DNA of 64,000 bases from an uncultured Nitrospinota bacterium (lineage in GTDB: Bacteria > Tectomicrobia > Entotheonellia > J063 > CAVPRW01), in assembly GCA_963707985.1 (NCBI GenBank), contig CAVPRW010000008.1, forward strand, positions 96,001-160,000, in the 5' to 3' direction. The position numbers and the translations under genes are program-made. The notes beneath the pieces were generated by a model, which searched no databases, was not told where the DNA came from, and worked only from the letters and a program-made list of their open reading frames with translations. Within the stretch, counting starts at the first letter, position 1; the number at the start of each line of letters is the position of its first letter. Shown here piece by piece: positions 22,224-33,009 of the stretch.

Positions 22224-23438
22224 CTATCTCCTCAGAATGAGCGCGCTACCGGTCGCGGGATTGGCCCAGCCAAGATTCATAGTGATCTGAGGATCTTTCA
22301 CCTGGCGGCATTGCCCCTCGGCGTAATCGTAGGTGTGGATGCCCTCTTGCCAACGTGGGCAGTAGTCATCGACCAGGCCGCGTAGCTGGCGCGTGTTCTC
22401 GATTACCATGTTCATGCCGTGCGTATAGCCTTCACACAGGTGGCCGCCGCTGGTATTATTCGGCCGTCGGCCCCCGAGCTCGATGATGCCGCTGGAGACG
22501 TAGGCTCCACCCTCACCTTTCTTGCAGAAGCCATATTCTTCGAGCTGCAACATGGTCGTGAAAGTGAAGGCATCGTAGGAGCCCGTGATGTCGACATCCT
22601 CGGGGCCGATGCCGGCCATCGGGAACACGATGTCCTTGGCGTAATAGCCGCCAACCCGGCTGATGGGACCATGGACGAAGTGAAAATCCACCCGTGGTTT
22701 GCTCACCCGGCCAGCCACCCCCATAATATAGACAGGTCGCTGCTTGAGATCATTAGCGCGATCGGCCGAGGTCACGATGATACAAGTGGCATTATCCGTC
22801 TCTAGGCAGCAGTCCAGCAAATGCAGGGGTTTGGTGATCCAGCGTGAGTTCAACACGTCATCGACGCTCACCCGCTGCTTTAGTAGCGCTTTCGGATTAT
22901 TGCTGGCATGTTTGCTGTGCGCCATCTTGACATGGGCCACCTGGGCGCTGGTCGTACCATAATCATGCATGTGTCGCATGAACGTCGGGGCGAAGTTCTG
23001 GCCGGCACTGAGCATGCCATAGGGGCGTGTGGCCAGCTCGCTGCCGCGCACCGGCGTCGCCGCTCGTGCCCCGGTGCCACCGATTCTGACCTCACTGTAG
23101 CCGTTCATCGAACGAAAAACGGCCACAGTGCGGCACATCCCCACCTCCATCACGCCCATGGCCATGCCAATGAGCGCCTCGGTGCTCGAACCGCCGCCAA
23201 TCACATCCATGTAAAAGTTGACCCGGATGCCCAGGTCTGAAGAAATCGCCGTCGCCGAGGTGGAATCGTTGCCGTGGTAACTCAGCATGCCATCGATATC
23301 TCCAGGGCTCAGGCCGGCGTCATTCATCGCATTCCTGACCGCTTCGACAGCCATGGCGCGGGTGGTCCGCCCTGAGTTACGGGTATAGGCCGTTTCCCCA
23401 ACCCCAACGATGCAGTACTTATCCCGCAGATTCGCCAT
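22224..23438 (-). CDS. thiolase-superfamily Ltp2/SCP2-like protein
   Basis: CIVGVGET, PLHLLDCCLETD, YDAFT, NTSGGHLCEGYTHG. Confidence 0.85.
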   Translation of the reverse strand: MANLRDKYCIVGVGETAYTRNSGRTTRAMAVEAVRNAMNDAGLSPGDIDGMLSYHGNDSTSATAISSDLGIRVNFYMDVIGGGSSTEALIGMAMGVMEVGMCRTVAVFRSMNGYSEVRIGGTGARAATPVRGSELATRPYGMLSAGQNFAPTFMRHMHDYGTTSAQVAHVKMAHSKHASNNPKALLKQRVSVDDVLNSRWITKPLHLLDCCLETDNATCIIVTSADRANDLKQRPVYIMGVAGRVSKPRVDFHFVHGPISRVGGYYAKDIVFPMAGIGPEDVDITGSYDAFTFTTMLQLEEYGFCKKGEGGAYVSSGIIELGGRRPNNTSGGHLCEGYTHGMNMVIENTRQLRGLVDDYCPRWQEGIHTYDYAEGQCRQVKDPQITMNLGWANPATGSALILRR

Positions 23439-23620
23439 ACGCTCCTTCCTTTCCGCTCACCATGCAGCCCATCGACCTGCAGTCGCCGCAGTGGCTGCAA
23501 CTGGCAGATCAGCGGTACGCCAGCACCTGCTCCGGCCACGATTATAGGGGCATTTGGACCCAAGTCAAACACTTTTGCACGAGGAACAATGTGGCCCTGC
23601 CATCGTCAAACCGAATTTCA

Positions 23621-23655
23621 CCACCACCCGACCCCTCCCCTCTCGAGAGGGAGAG
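23621..23655. repeat. REP-like dispersed repeat copy
   Basis: CCACCACCCGACCCCTCCCCTCTCGAGAGGGAGAG; same family as copies at 28699 and 37104. Confidence 0.45.
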
Positions 23656-23731
23656 CTGCGTGGGGGGCAGCTCTTACGGTTGCACATGCCAGTCGTCGAG
23701 AAGTGGTCGGAAGGTTGCCTCGGCACCGCGA

Positions 23732-24403
23732 TCACGCCGGCGCAGGGAGGAAGAATTGGTCAGGCGTGAGCAGAGCACGAATCGGACAGCCGTCGGCCCC
23801 GATGAGATTGAGGGGCACGGCGATCAGACCATAGCTCGCCGGTACGACGTGCCGCAGGACGAGGTTTTCCAGAATCAGGATGTCAGCTCCGAGCAGACGT
23901 TTGTGACTAGGGAAATCACCGGCGTCCCAGGCATCGATCGAGGGCCCGTCGATCCCCACCACACGTACACCTAGCTCACATATATAGTCCGCCCCACTAG
24001 AATCTAAAGCCACGAAATCGGGGGTAAAGGTCGGCGCGAGGGGCTGTTGGGAATTGCGCGTCTTGAGTAGCAGTCGCTCGCCGGGGTGCAGCTCGACGTG
24101 CTCCAAGTCCGTCCGCGAGAGGGGTCCCTCGGTGTTGATCACTTCGACCACTCGGCACACCCCAACCAAGACGTCCAGATCGAGCTGATCAATGGTGCGA
24201 CCTCCTGGGATGAAATGCCTCGGAGCATCCAGATGGGTCCCGGTATGAGTGCCCAGGGAAAGTTGGCTTACTTGGACACCTTCGACATCCAAGCTGGTCA
24301 CTGGTGTCAACTGCGGACGCGGATCTCCAGGCCAGATGGGTAATGTACAACTAATAGGGAGAGAAATATCGATAATCGCGTGCTTCAGACCGATTATTTC
24401 CAT
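23732..24403 (-). CDS. cyclase family protein (kynurenine formamidase-like)
   Basis: HTGTHLDAPRH, VGIDGPS, ILENL, GADGCPIRA. Confidence 0.88.
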   Translation of the reverse strand: MEIIGLKHAIIDISLPISCTLPIWPGDPRPQLTPVTSLDVEGVQVSQLSLGTHTGTHLDAPRHFIPGGRTIDQLDLDVLVGVCRVVEVINTEGPLSRTDLEHVELHPGERLLLKTRNSQQPLAPTFTPDFVALDSSGADYICELGVRVVGIDGPSIDAWDAGDFPSHKRLLGADILILENLVLRHVVPASYGLIAVPLNLIGADGCPIRALLTPDQFFLPAPA

Positions 24404-24436
24404 GTCCACCGTCCTGCGCAGAGCTGTCACCCACGA

Positions 24437-24799
24437 TCAAGGCTCGCGATGCAGCAGTCCACGGTCATGGGAGTCAGACGTGTGGCGCTGACGGGAACCC
24501 TCACTCCAGGCCTGGAAGATAAGCGCCTGGAACCAAGATAGGATGAGGAACATGGAGTCGGAGGCGATGTAGATAGAGATGAATCGCGCGCTGAGCGACC
24601 GCATCGCCAGAATAGCACACGTAGCCACAGCCAGGTTCATGACACTGAACACCAGCATCAATCCCACGCACTCACATACCTTGCCGAGGGCCAGCCAGAG
24701 CCGAGACCCGGAAAGCCCAAGCCCAGCGATACCGAGGACGTATGCACCCACGGAGGTCAGACCAGCCACGACCAGAATGAACACTGACTCCATGGCCAT
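24437..24799 (-). CDS. hypothetical membrane protein
   Basis: Three hydrophobic segments; co-directional operon context. Confidence 0.55.
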   Translation of the reverse strand: MAMESVFILVVAGLTSVGAYVLGIAGLGLSGSRLWLALGKVCECVGLMLVFSVMNLAVATCAILAMRSLSARFISIYIASDSMFLILSWFQALIFQAWSEGSRQRHTSDSHDRGLLHREP

Positions 24800-24807
24800 C
24801 TCCCGGT

Positions 24808-25425
24808 TTATATGTACCCGGCCACCCGATAATAGACACGAGCCAGAAATTCCTCCACGAGCGGCCGCATCAACCTCCAACGTGCCTCTGGTTTGTCGAC
24901 GTGCGAGAGATCATCGACAGGCGCGGGCTGCACGGTAAAGCCGACGTTCTCGAACAGCTGTCGCGACCGGGCCATATGGGCGTAGCTGGTGACGAGGAGG
25001 ATCGTAGAAACACCCCTGGGCTGCAGCAATGCCGCCATACGCGCTGCTTCTGCGCGGGTTGTCAGGGCTGTGGTCTCGGTCAGGACGGCAGCGGACGACA
25101 CCCCTAACAGACGGGCCATGTCGGCCCGAACCTCGGCTTCCTCACGACTAGATGATTGTGAGATCGGACCCGAGAAGGCCAGTAGTGGCGCCAGTCCGCG
25201 CTGAAACAGCATGATGCCGTGGATGGCGCGCCGCAGGGAACTCGCGCTCAGCACCCCATCACCGTCCATACCGGAGCCGAGCACCACAATGGCCGCCGCA
25301 GGCTGAAGTCGTGCAGGCACGCCAGCCCATCGATTCAGCACATTGGGCAGCGGGGTGAAGCTCACCAGGAAGAATGCCACCACCGTAGCCATTCCCAACA
25401 GCCGGATCATCGTCCAACCGCTCAT
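24808..25425 (-). CDS. YdcF/DUF218 family protein
   Basis: AIVVLGSG, LLVTSYAHMARS. Confidence 0.82.
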   Translation of the reverse strand: MSGWTMIRLLGMATVVAFFLVSFTPLPNVLNRWAGVPARLQPAAAIVVLGSGMDGDGVLSASSLRRAIHGIMLFQRGLAPLLAFSGPISQSSSREEAEVRADMARLLGVSSAAVLTETTALTTRAEAARMAALLQPRGVSTILLVTSYAHMARSRQLFENVGFTVQPAPVDDLSHVDKPEARWRLMRPLVEEFLARVYYRVAGYI

Positions 25426-25504
25426 CTTGCCGTCGTGTGATCCGATGCGTACAACCGCCGCGACACCAGCTCCTCGGCCAAAATGGTCTGTCTCCTAGCC
25501 TGCA

Positions 25505-26680
25505 TCAATGATCGTACACGCGCAGAAGTTTGTAGGTCGTCGAGCGCTCGGCGGGGATGCGACCGATAGCGCGGATTCGCCGATGGAACTCCTCAGGCGA
25601 GATGTATTGCCCCGCCGTCGCTCCGGCCAATCGGGAGATGTTTTCATCCATCAACGTGCCGCTGTAATCGTTGGCGCCCGCCATCAAACAGAGCTGGGAC
25701 AGCTCCTCACCGAGCTTCACCCATGAGACTTGGATATTATCGATCCAGCCCTGCAGCATCAGGCGGCCGAGTGCGTGCACGCGTAGATGTTCGCTAATGG
25801 TCGGTCCAGGGCGCGATAATCCCATGCGGAACAAATCGGTGTTAACGTGCACAAATCCGAGCGGCACGAACTCCGTGAAGCCGCCGGTTTCTTTCTGGAT
25901 ATCGCGTAAGAGCACCATCTGGTTCACCCAGTGTCGAGGTTCTTCGACATGGCCGTACATCAGCGTCGACGTGCTGGGAATGCCCAGACTGTGTGCCGTC
26001 TTGATGACCTCGATCCACTGCTCCACTTTGAGCTTTTGCCGAGACAGGACATATCGTACCTCGTTGTCCAACACCTCGGCCGCCGTCCCCGGCAGGCTCC
26101 CGAGGCCGTGATCCTTCAGCATCTGGAGGTAATCGCGCGTGGTCAGACCAGTCTTATCGACGCCATGCACCACCTCCATCGGCGAGAAGGCGTGGACATG
26201 CATGTCGGGGACTGCTTCCTTGATCGCGACCAGGATATCGCGATAGTGGTAGCCATCCAAGTCGCGCGGCAGGCCGCCCTGCACACACACCTCGGTAGCG
26301 CCGCGTTCGCGGGCTTCCAGGGTGCGTTTTTTGATTTCATCGAAGCTCAGAAAATAGGCGTCTGGCGCCCGACGAGCTGTTGAGAAGGCACAGAAGCGGC
26401 AGCCGATGAAACAGACGTTGGTGAAATTGATGTTTCGATTGACCACATAGGTGATCACGTCCCCGACACGCTGCTGGCGAACGCGGTCAGCGGTCAGTAC
26501 CAGCGCGCTCAGCTCGGCACCGTCGACCTCGCCCAGGATGTAGCCTTCCTCAGACGACAACTCGCTGCCCGCCAACGCCTTCTCCAGGAGCCCAGCAACT
26601 CTTGGATCGATGCTCGGTAACAGCTCTTCGAGCGTCTGGCCGAAAATCTCGTGCTCAATGGCGATGACTTGTTCATCCAT
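25505..26680 (-). CDS. cofH: FO synthase subunit CofH (radical SAM)
   Basis: YVVNRNINFTNVCFIGCRFCAF, LPGTAAE, TGGFTEFVPL, NIQVSWVKLG. Confidence 0.92.
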   Translation of the reverse strand: MDEQVIAIEHEIFGQTLEELLPSIDPRVAGLLEKALAGSELSSEEGYILGEVDGAELSALVLTADRVRQQRVGDVITYVVNRNINFTNVCFIGCRFCAFSTARRAPDAYFLSFDEIKKRTLEARERGATEVCVQGGLPRDLDGYHYRDILVAIKEAVPDMHVHAFSPMEVVHGVDKTGLTTRDYLQMLKDHGLGSLPGTAAEVLDNEVRYVLSRQKLKVEQWIEVIKTAHSLGIPSTSTLMYGHVEEPRHWVNQMVLLRDIQKETGGFTEFVPLGFVHVNTDLFRMGLSRPGPTISEHLRVHALGRLMLQGWIDNIQVSWVKLGEELSQLCLMAGANDYSGTLMDENISRLAGATAGQYISPEEFHRRIRAIGRIPAERSTTYKLLRVYDH

Positions 26681-26683
26681 GCC

Positions 26684-27890
26684 CTATGCCTCCTCTCGCA
26701 CGAAGCCTGCCATATCGACATAGCCCTGGACGCGGTCGCGTAGCGACACTGGTATATACTCGGGATACATGGTGATATATTCGGGATAGACGGCTAGACG
26801 CTCACGCAGGACCATCCCAACTTCTGCCGTCACCCGCTGTAACTCCTTGATCTTGGGCCATGGCGCCTCAGGATTGATGAAATCGATGGTCAACGGTGAC
26901 ACACCGCCCCAATCGTTGATCCCCGCCAACAGCAGCAGTTGGTAGGCATCAGGGGTTAAATTGGGAGGGGCTTGAATATTCATTGTCACCACCGAGGAGC
27001 AGTCGCGCCACTGCGATGGTTTTCAGCATATCCAGGAGTGTTGGCTCTGGCCAATCCTTCATGGGAATCGTGGGTTTGACGCGAAAGTTTTGGATAATGA
27101 CCTCCTGAATATGGCCATATTCCTCATGGACGCGGCGGATGGCGAGCAGGGAATCCACCCGCTCCTCCAGCGTCTCGCCGATGCCGATTAAAATGCCTGT
27201 CGTAAAGGGAATTTGTAGCTTGCCAGCGTTCTCGATGGTTTTTAACCGCAAGGTCGGCCGCTTATCCGGCGCATCGTCGTGCGTGGCACCGGGCTCGACC
27301 AGCCGTTCGCTGACGTTTTCGAGCATAATCCCCATACTGGCATTCAAGTCCCGCAGCATGGACAGATCGTGGTAGCTCATCAACCCAGGATTGGCGTGGG
27401 GGAGGAGCGGCGTATGGGCTAAGACCATCTCACAGGCCGCCCGCAGATAGTCTAGGGTGCGTCGATAGCCGAGCTTGGCCAAGGTGTCGCGGTATTCTGG
27501 GTAGAGGACCTCGGGTTTATCACCGAGGCTGAAAAGAGCCTCCTTGCAGCCTAACTTGGCGCCTGCTTCAGCCACCGCCAGGACCTCATCGGGCGTCATG
27601 GTCTTGGCACCAACCTCCCAGGGATCTTTGCGGAAGGTGCAGTAGCCACAGCGATCGCGACAGATATTGGTCAGGGGGATAAATACTTTACGGGAATAGC
27701 TGACATTGTGGCCTTTATATCGATCGCGCAAGACGCTCGCAGCATGGAGCAGTGCTGGCAGATCGCTCCCCATGACCTGCATCAGGGCATAGCCGTCAGG
27801 TGCGCCGAGCCGCTCTTCGGCCAGGGCTTTCGCCAAAATCTCTTGCGTCCGAGATTGGATCTGGCTGGGTGCAGCGACGTCATCGAACAT
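26684..27890 (-). pseudogene. cofG: FO synthase subunit CofG, split by a single +1 frameshift near 26984 (real lesion or sequencing error)
   Basis: YSRKVFIPLTNICRDRCGYCTF...TTGILIGIGE...EVIIQNF in one frame; NIQAPPNL...[17 protein letters not shown] in the next. Confidence 0.85.
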
Positions 27891-28289
27891 CGGCGGGTTC
27901 CTCTCTTCCAGCAAAAGCCCTCGGCCGTTCGGTTGTAGGGGCTGCACAAGGGCTGAGAACCATCAGCTTCTCGAAACCGGACCCATCGACAGATATTCCA
28001 CATCCAGGGCAGGCCATGCGAAACAGCCTGCTCGCTGGGCAGATGGACGGACAGTGCTGTATGCGTGACAGAGATCGGTAGACAGCTGTGGACACGCTTT
28101 GGAAGGGACGCGCGGCGTGTAACGTATAGGGCATCCTAGCGTCTTGTGCCCGGCCGGTCAAGTTTTTTTCTGCAACGAATCCCTTCAGGCAATGGTCCCG
28201 CTGTCGCCGGAATTCCCTGCCAGGCCGGAAGTGCGCTACAATGGGTGAAGCATGCTCACATCGTTTGGACTCTAGACCTGGAGGATTTC

Positions 28290-28673
28290 ATGAGCGAAAC
28301 CCGAAGCGACACAGGCAAATCATTAGCACAAGAGACGAGCCCCTATGGCTACCCCTATTGGGAGTGGGTGGCCCGGGAAGATCCAGAGTATGCGAAAGCT
28401 CGTATCCCCCTGTCGGAATTGTCGGTCGGCGAGGGCAAGGCCTTGTCGATCAAGTACCGCGAGATGGTGATCATCGGCATTCTGGCGTTCCGCGGCAGTA
28501 GCTCTGAGGGCATTTTGGCACATATGCGCCGGGCCATTCAACATGGGGCTACCAAACGTGAATTACTCGAAGCCATTCAATCTGCCGCCGTTCCCGGCGG
28601 TGGCCCGACATTCGCCACCGGCTGCCGAGCCCTCATGCAGCTCGACACCGAGGGCGCATTTAAGAACGGCTAA
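28290..28673 (+). CDS. carboxymuconolactone decarboxylase/AhpD family protein
   Basis: LSIKYREMVIIG, HMRRAIQHGATKRELLEA; RBS GGAGG. Confidence 0.8.
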   Translation: MSETRSDTGKSLAQETSPYGYPYWEWVAREDPEYAKARIPLSELSVGEGKALSIKYREMVIIGILAFRGSSSEGILAHMRRAIQHGATKRELLEAIQSAAVPGGGPTFATGCRALMQLDTEGAFKNG

Positions 28674-28698
28674 GACGACAACATCCCCTCGCCTTTTG

Positions 28699-28793
28699 CC
28701 CCCTCTCCCGGCGGGAGGGAGCTGGGGTGAGGGCGATTCATCCGTGCGCTCAGGCTTCGCCGCCCTTACCCTATTTCCTTCCCGGAGGGAGAT
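28699..28793. repeat. REP-like inverted pair between convergent genes
   Basis: CCCCTCTCCC-GGC-GGGAGGGAG...GGGGTGAGGG followed by a degenerate inverted copy CCCTTACCC...TCCC..GGGAG. Confidence 0.5.
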
Positions 28794-28864
28794 AGACCAA
28801 CGTCAACACCCTCATCCGAGTGTCTAGGACCTCTACTAGCGGGCAAGAACCGCACACGAACGAT

Positions 28865-30061
28865 CTACTGCCTGCCGCCCGATCCTGACGTCCCGGCAAT
28901 GGTCGAGGCGACGTCGGATTGCTTGCCCCGAAATGCTGGTATCACCTCCTCGGCCAGACGCTGCAGCTGTTCGACGTACTCTGCCTGTGGCATACCCTCT
29001 GGCCAGTGCAACCAGACGTGTTCAAGCGCCGGATACTTCGCCTCCATGGCCTTCAAGCCCTCGATGACATCGTCGGCCCTGCCGCACAACCAAACTTTCT
29101 GTTCCACGCCATCCTCCAGCACCGGCACGCGGACTGGCGCACCGGGCGTGCCCCAGGGGCGACCTTGAGCATCTACATAGCGTACGAAGCCAAAGGGCGC
29201 GAACCATTTATACCGCTCGTCATGGTAGGGACGCAGGCGACGGATGGCCTCTTCCTGACTACCGGCAAGATAAAATCCGCCCTGCCATGCGAGATCCTGG
29301 CCTAATTCAAGCTGACGGCCGTGGCTGGCAGCCAGGTCACGAAATTGATGAAAGAGCTGATCCAGGAGTTTCTCACCGGTGAGCCCAACCACCCCCTTGA
29401 AGCCCATTTTCGCCACATATTCGAGCGTGCGTCCGCTGACGATCGGCTGCCAGATCTCCACCGGCCGATGAATCGGGCGCGGCACCATGGTGAGTTCTTT
29501 CAGGTCGTAGCCGCGATAGGGCACGGGCGCTGGAATGGTATAGTGCTTTCCCTGATAGGAGAAGGATTCCTCATTGAAGCACTTGAGGATGATCTCCATC
29601 TGTTCTTCAAAGAACTCTTTGTTGGCATTATTGTCCAGCATCGGCGCCCCGAAGGTCTCGACCTCGCGCGTGTGATAGCCCCGCCCGACGCCGAAAATCA
29701 CCCGCCCGCCGGTGAGGATGTCGGCCATGGCATAGTCCTCAGCCAGTCGGACCGGGTGCCACATCGGGACGACATTGAATGCACAGCCGAACTTCAGTTG
29801 CTGCGTCTGGGTGGACAGATACGTGCCCAACAGAATCAAATTGGGGATACATTCATAGCCTTCATGCTGAAAGTGGTGCTCCGCCATCCACAAGGCGTAG
29901 AAGTCGAGGCCATCCATCACCTTGGCCACCTCGGTGGCCATGCGAAAGGCTTCGATCACACGTTCATTGGGATAACGACGCGCGTCCGCCGGCATGCCAT
30001 CATGGCCGACATTCTCCAATTCGATGTGCCCGACATAGAGCACAGAGAAGTGTTTGATCAT
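28865..30061 (-). CDS. LLM class flavin/F420-dependent oxidoreductase
   Basis: WMAEHHF, HPVRLAEDYAMADILTGGRVIFGVGRG. Confidence 0.9.
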   Translation of the reverse strand: MIKHFSVLYVGHIELENVGHDGMPADARRYPNERVIEAFRMATEVAKVMDGLDFYALWMAEHHFQHEGYECIPNLILLGTYLSTQTQQLKFGCAFNVVPMWHPVRLAEDYAMADILTGGRVIFGVGRGYHTREVETFGAPMLDNNANKEFFEEQMEIILKCFNEESFSYQGKHYTIPAPVPYRGYDLKELTMVPRPIHRPVEIWQPIVSGRTLEYVAKMGFKGVVGLTGEKLLDQLFHQFRDLAASHGRQLELGQDLAWQGGFYLAGSQEEAIRRLRPYHDERYKWFAPFGFVRYVDAQGRPWGTPGAPVRVPVLEDGVEQKVWLCGRADDVIEGLKAMEAKYPALEHVWLHWPEGMPQAEYVEQLQRLAEEVIPAFRGKQSDVASTIAGTSGSGGRQ

Positions 30062-30379
30062 GATCTCGGACCCCCTCTGGTCAAGTCTGTGCTGATCTTT
30101 TATCCAGCGAGCAAGGGCCAAATTAGCCTCGAAGCCTTGGTGCTTCCTGCACTCCCGCCGTATGCTTGGCCTCAGCAGGCGACGGCGAGGCCTTATCATA
30201 CCCGTGCCATCGTTCCTGTCAACAGCCAAATCAGCGGCGACACACAGGCGGAGGCACGCTCTCCCTGCACACCCGTGTAGCTCATTGTGGTGGTTTTCTG
30301 TTGGCCTGTGGGCAGGGGTCATGTATCCTGGAGTCTCGATAACCGTGGACAGCCACGACTCATCAGACGAGGATCAGCC

Positions 30380-31240
30380 ATGAAACCCAGTGCACGTTTT
30401 CGTCAATTATTGACCCAACCAGGCTTGATCATGGCACCAGGCGCCTATGACGGCCTCTCGACCAAACTCATCGAACAGGCGGGGTTCGATGTCGTGTACG
30501 CCACCGGCGGGGGGATTTCCAGAAGCTGTGGCTACCCCGACGTCGGCCTGCTGACCATGACGGAAGTGCTCATGCATCTACGCTGCATCGTCGAAGCCAC
30601 AGCCCTACCGGTGATCGGAGATTGTGACACCGGATACGGCAATGCTCTGAACGTCATGCGCGCGGTGCGAGAGTTCGAGCGTGCTGGCGTGGCAGCATTT
30701 CATCTGGAGGATCAGATCACCCCGAAACGCTGTGGGCACTATGAAGGCAAGGAAGTGGTCTCATGCACAGAGATGTGCAAAAAGCTTGAGGCTGCCCTGG
30801 AGGCCCGTTCGGATCCCGATCTGGTGATCATCGCCCGCACCGACGCCCGTGCGATGCATGGGCTCGACGATGCCATTCGGCGCGGCCAAGAGTATGCTCG
30901 GGTGGGGGCCGATATGATCTTCGTCGAGGCGCCGCGTGACCGTGATGAGCTCAAACGCGTTGTGGATGCTATCGACCGTCCGCTCGTCGCCAATATGGTC
31001 AAGGGTGGCAAAACACCGCTTCTCTCAGCCGCCGAGCTAGAAGCGTTGGGATACAAGCTGGCGATCTTCGCCTCTGACGTCCAGCGCGCGGCGATCTATG
31101 GGATGCGCGAGGTGCTGAAGGTCATGAAGCGTGACGGCACTCCGGAGCATTTCTCTCAGACCATCGACTTCCCCGAGCGCGATATCATCATCGGCCTGGA
31201 GCAGATCGAAGCACTGGAAGAGCGCTTCCTGCGTCTATAA
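30380..31240 (+). CDS. isocitrate lyase/PEP mutase family (PrpB-like lyase)
   Basis: APGAYDGLS, DCDTGYG, LEDQITPKRCGH, IARTDA. Confidence 0.88.
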   Translation: MKPSARFRQLLTQPGLIMAPGAYDGLSTKLIEQAGFDVVYATGGGISRSCGYPDVGLLTMTEVLMHLRCIVEATALPVIGDCDTGYGNALNVMRAVREFERAGVAAFHLEDQITPKRCGHYEGKEVVSCTEMCKKLEAALEARSDPDLVIIARTDARAMHGLDDAIRRGQEYARVGADMIFVEAPRDRDELKRVVDAIDRPLVANMVKGGKTPLLSAAELEALGYKLAIFASDVQRAAIYGMREVLKVMKRDGTPEHFSQTIDFPERDIIIGLEQIEALEERFLRL

Positions 31241-31256
31241 GCCCTGGAGAACGGCT

Positions 31257-32810
31257 ATGACGAATCGCAATCTGGATGCCGCCTGGAGCTACCACAATAG
31301 CACCAAGCATTCCTACGATAGCATCCACACCGATGCACATTACCTGGACTGGGAGAACCAACCGCTACCGTTTAAAATCTACCAGACGCTGGATCCCATA
31401 GCATTGCCACAGGATCTGCCATCCTCGGGTGTGCCAGCGCTGTCGGCGGTGTCGGCCGTCAATCCTCCGGTCGAGGTGTCCTCGATTCCTCCCCTGTCCA
31501 TGCGGTTATTGGCCAGCCTGCTGTATTTCAGCGCCGGCATCACCAAGCGGAAACCCTATCCCGGTGGCGAAATCCTCTTCCGTGCCGCGGCCTGCACAGG
31601 GGCGTTGTATCACATCGAGTTGTACCTGGTTTGCGGAGACTTGCCGGAATTGCGGGCAGGGGTGTACCATTTCGGTCCAGGGGACTTCGCTCTCCGGTGC
31701 TTGCGCCAGGGCGATTATCGCCAACTCGTGGTGCAGGCCAGCGGTGGTGAGTCGGCCGTGGCCGAGGCGCCGCTCACCGTCATCTGCACGGGCACCTTCT
31801 GGCGCAATGCCTGGAAGTACCGGGCACGTACCTACCGGCATTGTTTCTGGGACACTGGCACCATGCTTGCCAACCTGCTGGCCATGTCTGCCGCGCACGC
31901 GGTGCCGGCCAAAGTGGTCATGGGATTTGTCGATGACACCATCAATCGCCTCCTGGGGCTCGATACTGAGCGCGAGGTGGCACTGGCATTGGTCACGCTG
32001 GGCCATGCTGCACAGCCGCACCCCGGTCCACTGCCAGCACTTGAGCCGCTGCAGCTCGACATTGTGCCGTTGTCGAACAAGGAGGTAGATTATCCGGCCA
32101 ATCGAGAGATGCATGTGGCCTCAACGCTGCGTCAAGAGGCCGAGGCCGAGACCTGGCATGGCCGGCCGCCGCCGCACGACTGGCCAGCTCCCACGGGAGA
32201 GCTGTTCCCGCTCCGCTCCCTCAGCGCTGACGAGGTGCCAACAGACACTATCGAGCAAGTGATCCTGCGGCGAGGCTCCAGCCGCCGGTTCGCTCGGACT
32301 TCGCTCAGTTTTGCTCAATTGTCGACCATCCTGCTGCGGGCGATCGGAGGCATTCCGGCTGATTTTCTCGAGTCGTCTAGTGCGATGCTGAATGATCTCT
32401 ATCTCATCGTCAATGCCGTCGACGATCTCCCCAGCGGCACGTACGTCTTTCGGCGGGATCATCAGGCTCTGGAGTTACTCCAGCGCGGAGCCTTTCGCCG
32501 TGACGCGGGTTATCTTGGTCTTATGCAGGAGATCCCAGCAGATGCGAGTGTAGATGTGTTTTTCCTGACAGATTTGCACGCCGTGTTGGGCCGTTTCGGT
32601 AATCGTGGCTATCGCGCCGCCCAGCTGGAGGCCGGGCTTTTCGGTGGCAGGCTGTACTTGGCGGCCTATGCCCAGCGCCTGGGGGCTAGTGGCCTGACGT
32701 TCTTCGACGATGATGTCACGCGTTTTTTCGCCCCCCACGCCGATGGCAAGAGTGTGATGTTTCTGGTAGCGCTCGGAAAGCCAGGAAGATTGGTGCGTGC
32801 ACAGAGGTGA
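31257..32810 (+). CDS. SagB/ThcOx family nitroreductase-like protein (two domains)
   Basis: YHNSTKHS, RAAACTGALY, WKYRARTYR, RRGSSRRF, GLTFFDD. Confidence 0.85.
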   Translation: MTNRNLDAAWSYHNSTKHSYDSIHTDAHYLDWENQPLPFKIYQTLDPIALPQDLPSSGVPALSAVSAVNPPVEVSSIPPLSMRLLASLLYFSAGITKRKPYPGGEILFRAAACTGALYHIELYLVCGDLPELRAGVYHFGPGDFALRCLRQGDYRQLVVQASGGESAVAEAPLTVICTGTFWRNAWKYRARTYRHCFWDTGTMLANLLAMSAAHAVPAKVVMGFVDDTINRLLGLDTEREVALALVTLGHAAQPHPGPLPALEPLQLDIVPLSNKEVDYPANREMHVASTLRQEAEAETWHGRPPPHDWPAPTGELFPLRSLSADEVPTDTIEQVILRRGSSRRFARTSLSFAQLSTILLRAIGGIPADFLESSSAMLNDLYLIVNAVDDLPSGTYVFRRDHQALELLQRGAFRRDAGYLGLMQEIPADASVDVFFLTDLHAVLGRFGNRGYRAAQLEAGLFGGRLYLAAYAQRLGASGLTFFDDDVTRFFAPHADGKSVMFLVALGKPGRLVRAQR

Positions 32811-33009
32811 GGGAAATTTCCGACGTCTGATGCGGCATGATACCGCGATGCTCGCGAGTCTCCGTCGCAACTGTCAAAATTCCCGTTGTCATCGCCAAGC
32901 GGTATGTGTAAGCTTAAAAGGGCATTGAGGAAAAAATATGATGGAGCGAGCCATGAGGTGCGGTGCTCCAGGCGCAGGATGGCTCAGCGGATCGTGAGGG
33001 GTCACTCAG

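Noticed and set aside
31257..32810. SagB/ThcOx gene as the marker of a RiPP (azole) cluster
   Set aside because: No YcaO, precursor peptide or transporter nearby; the two-domain stand-alone form is common
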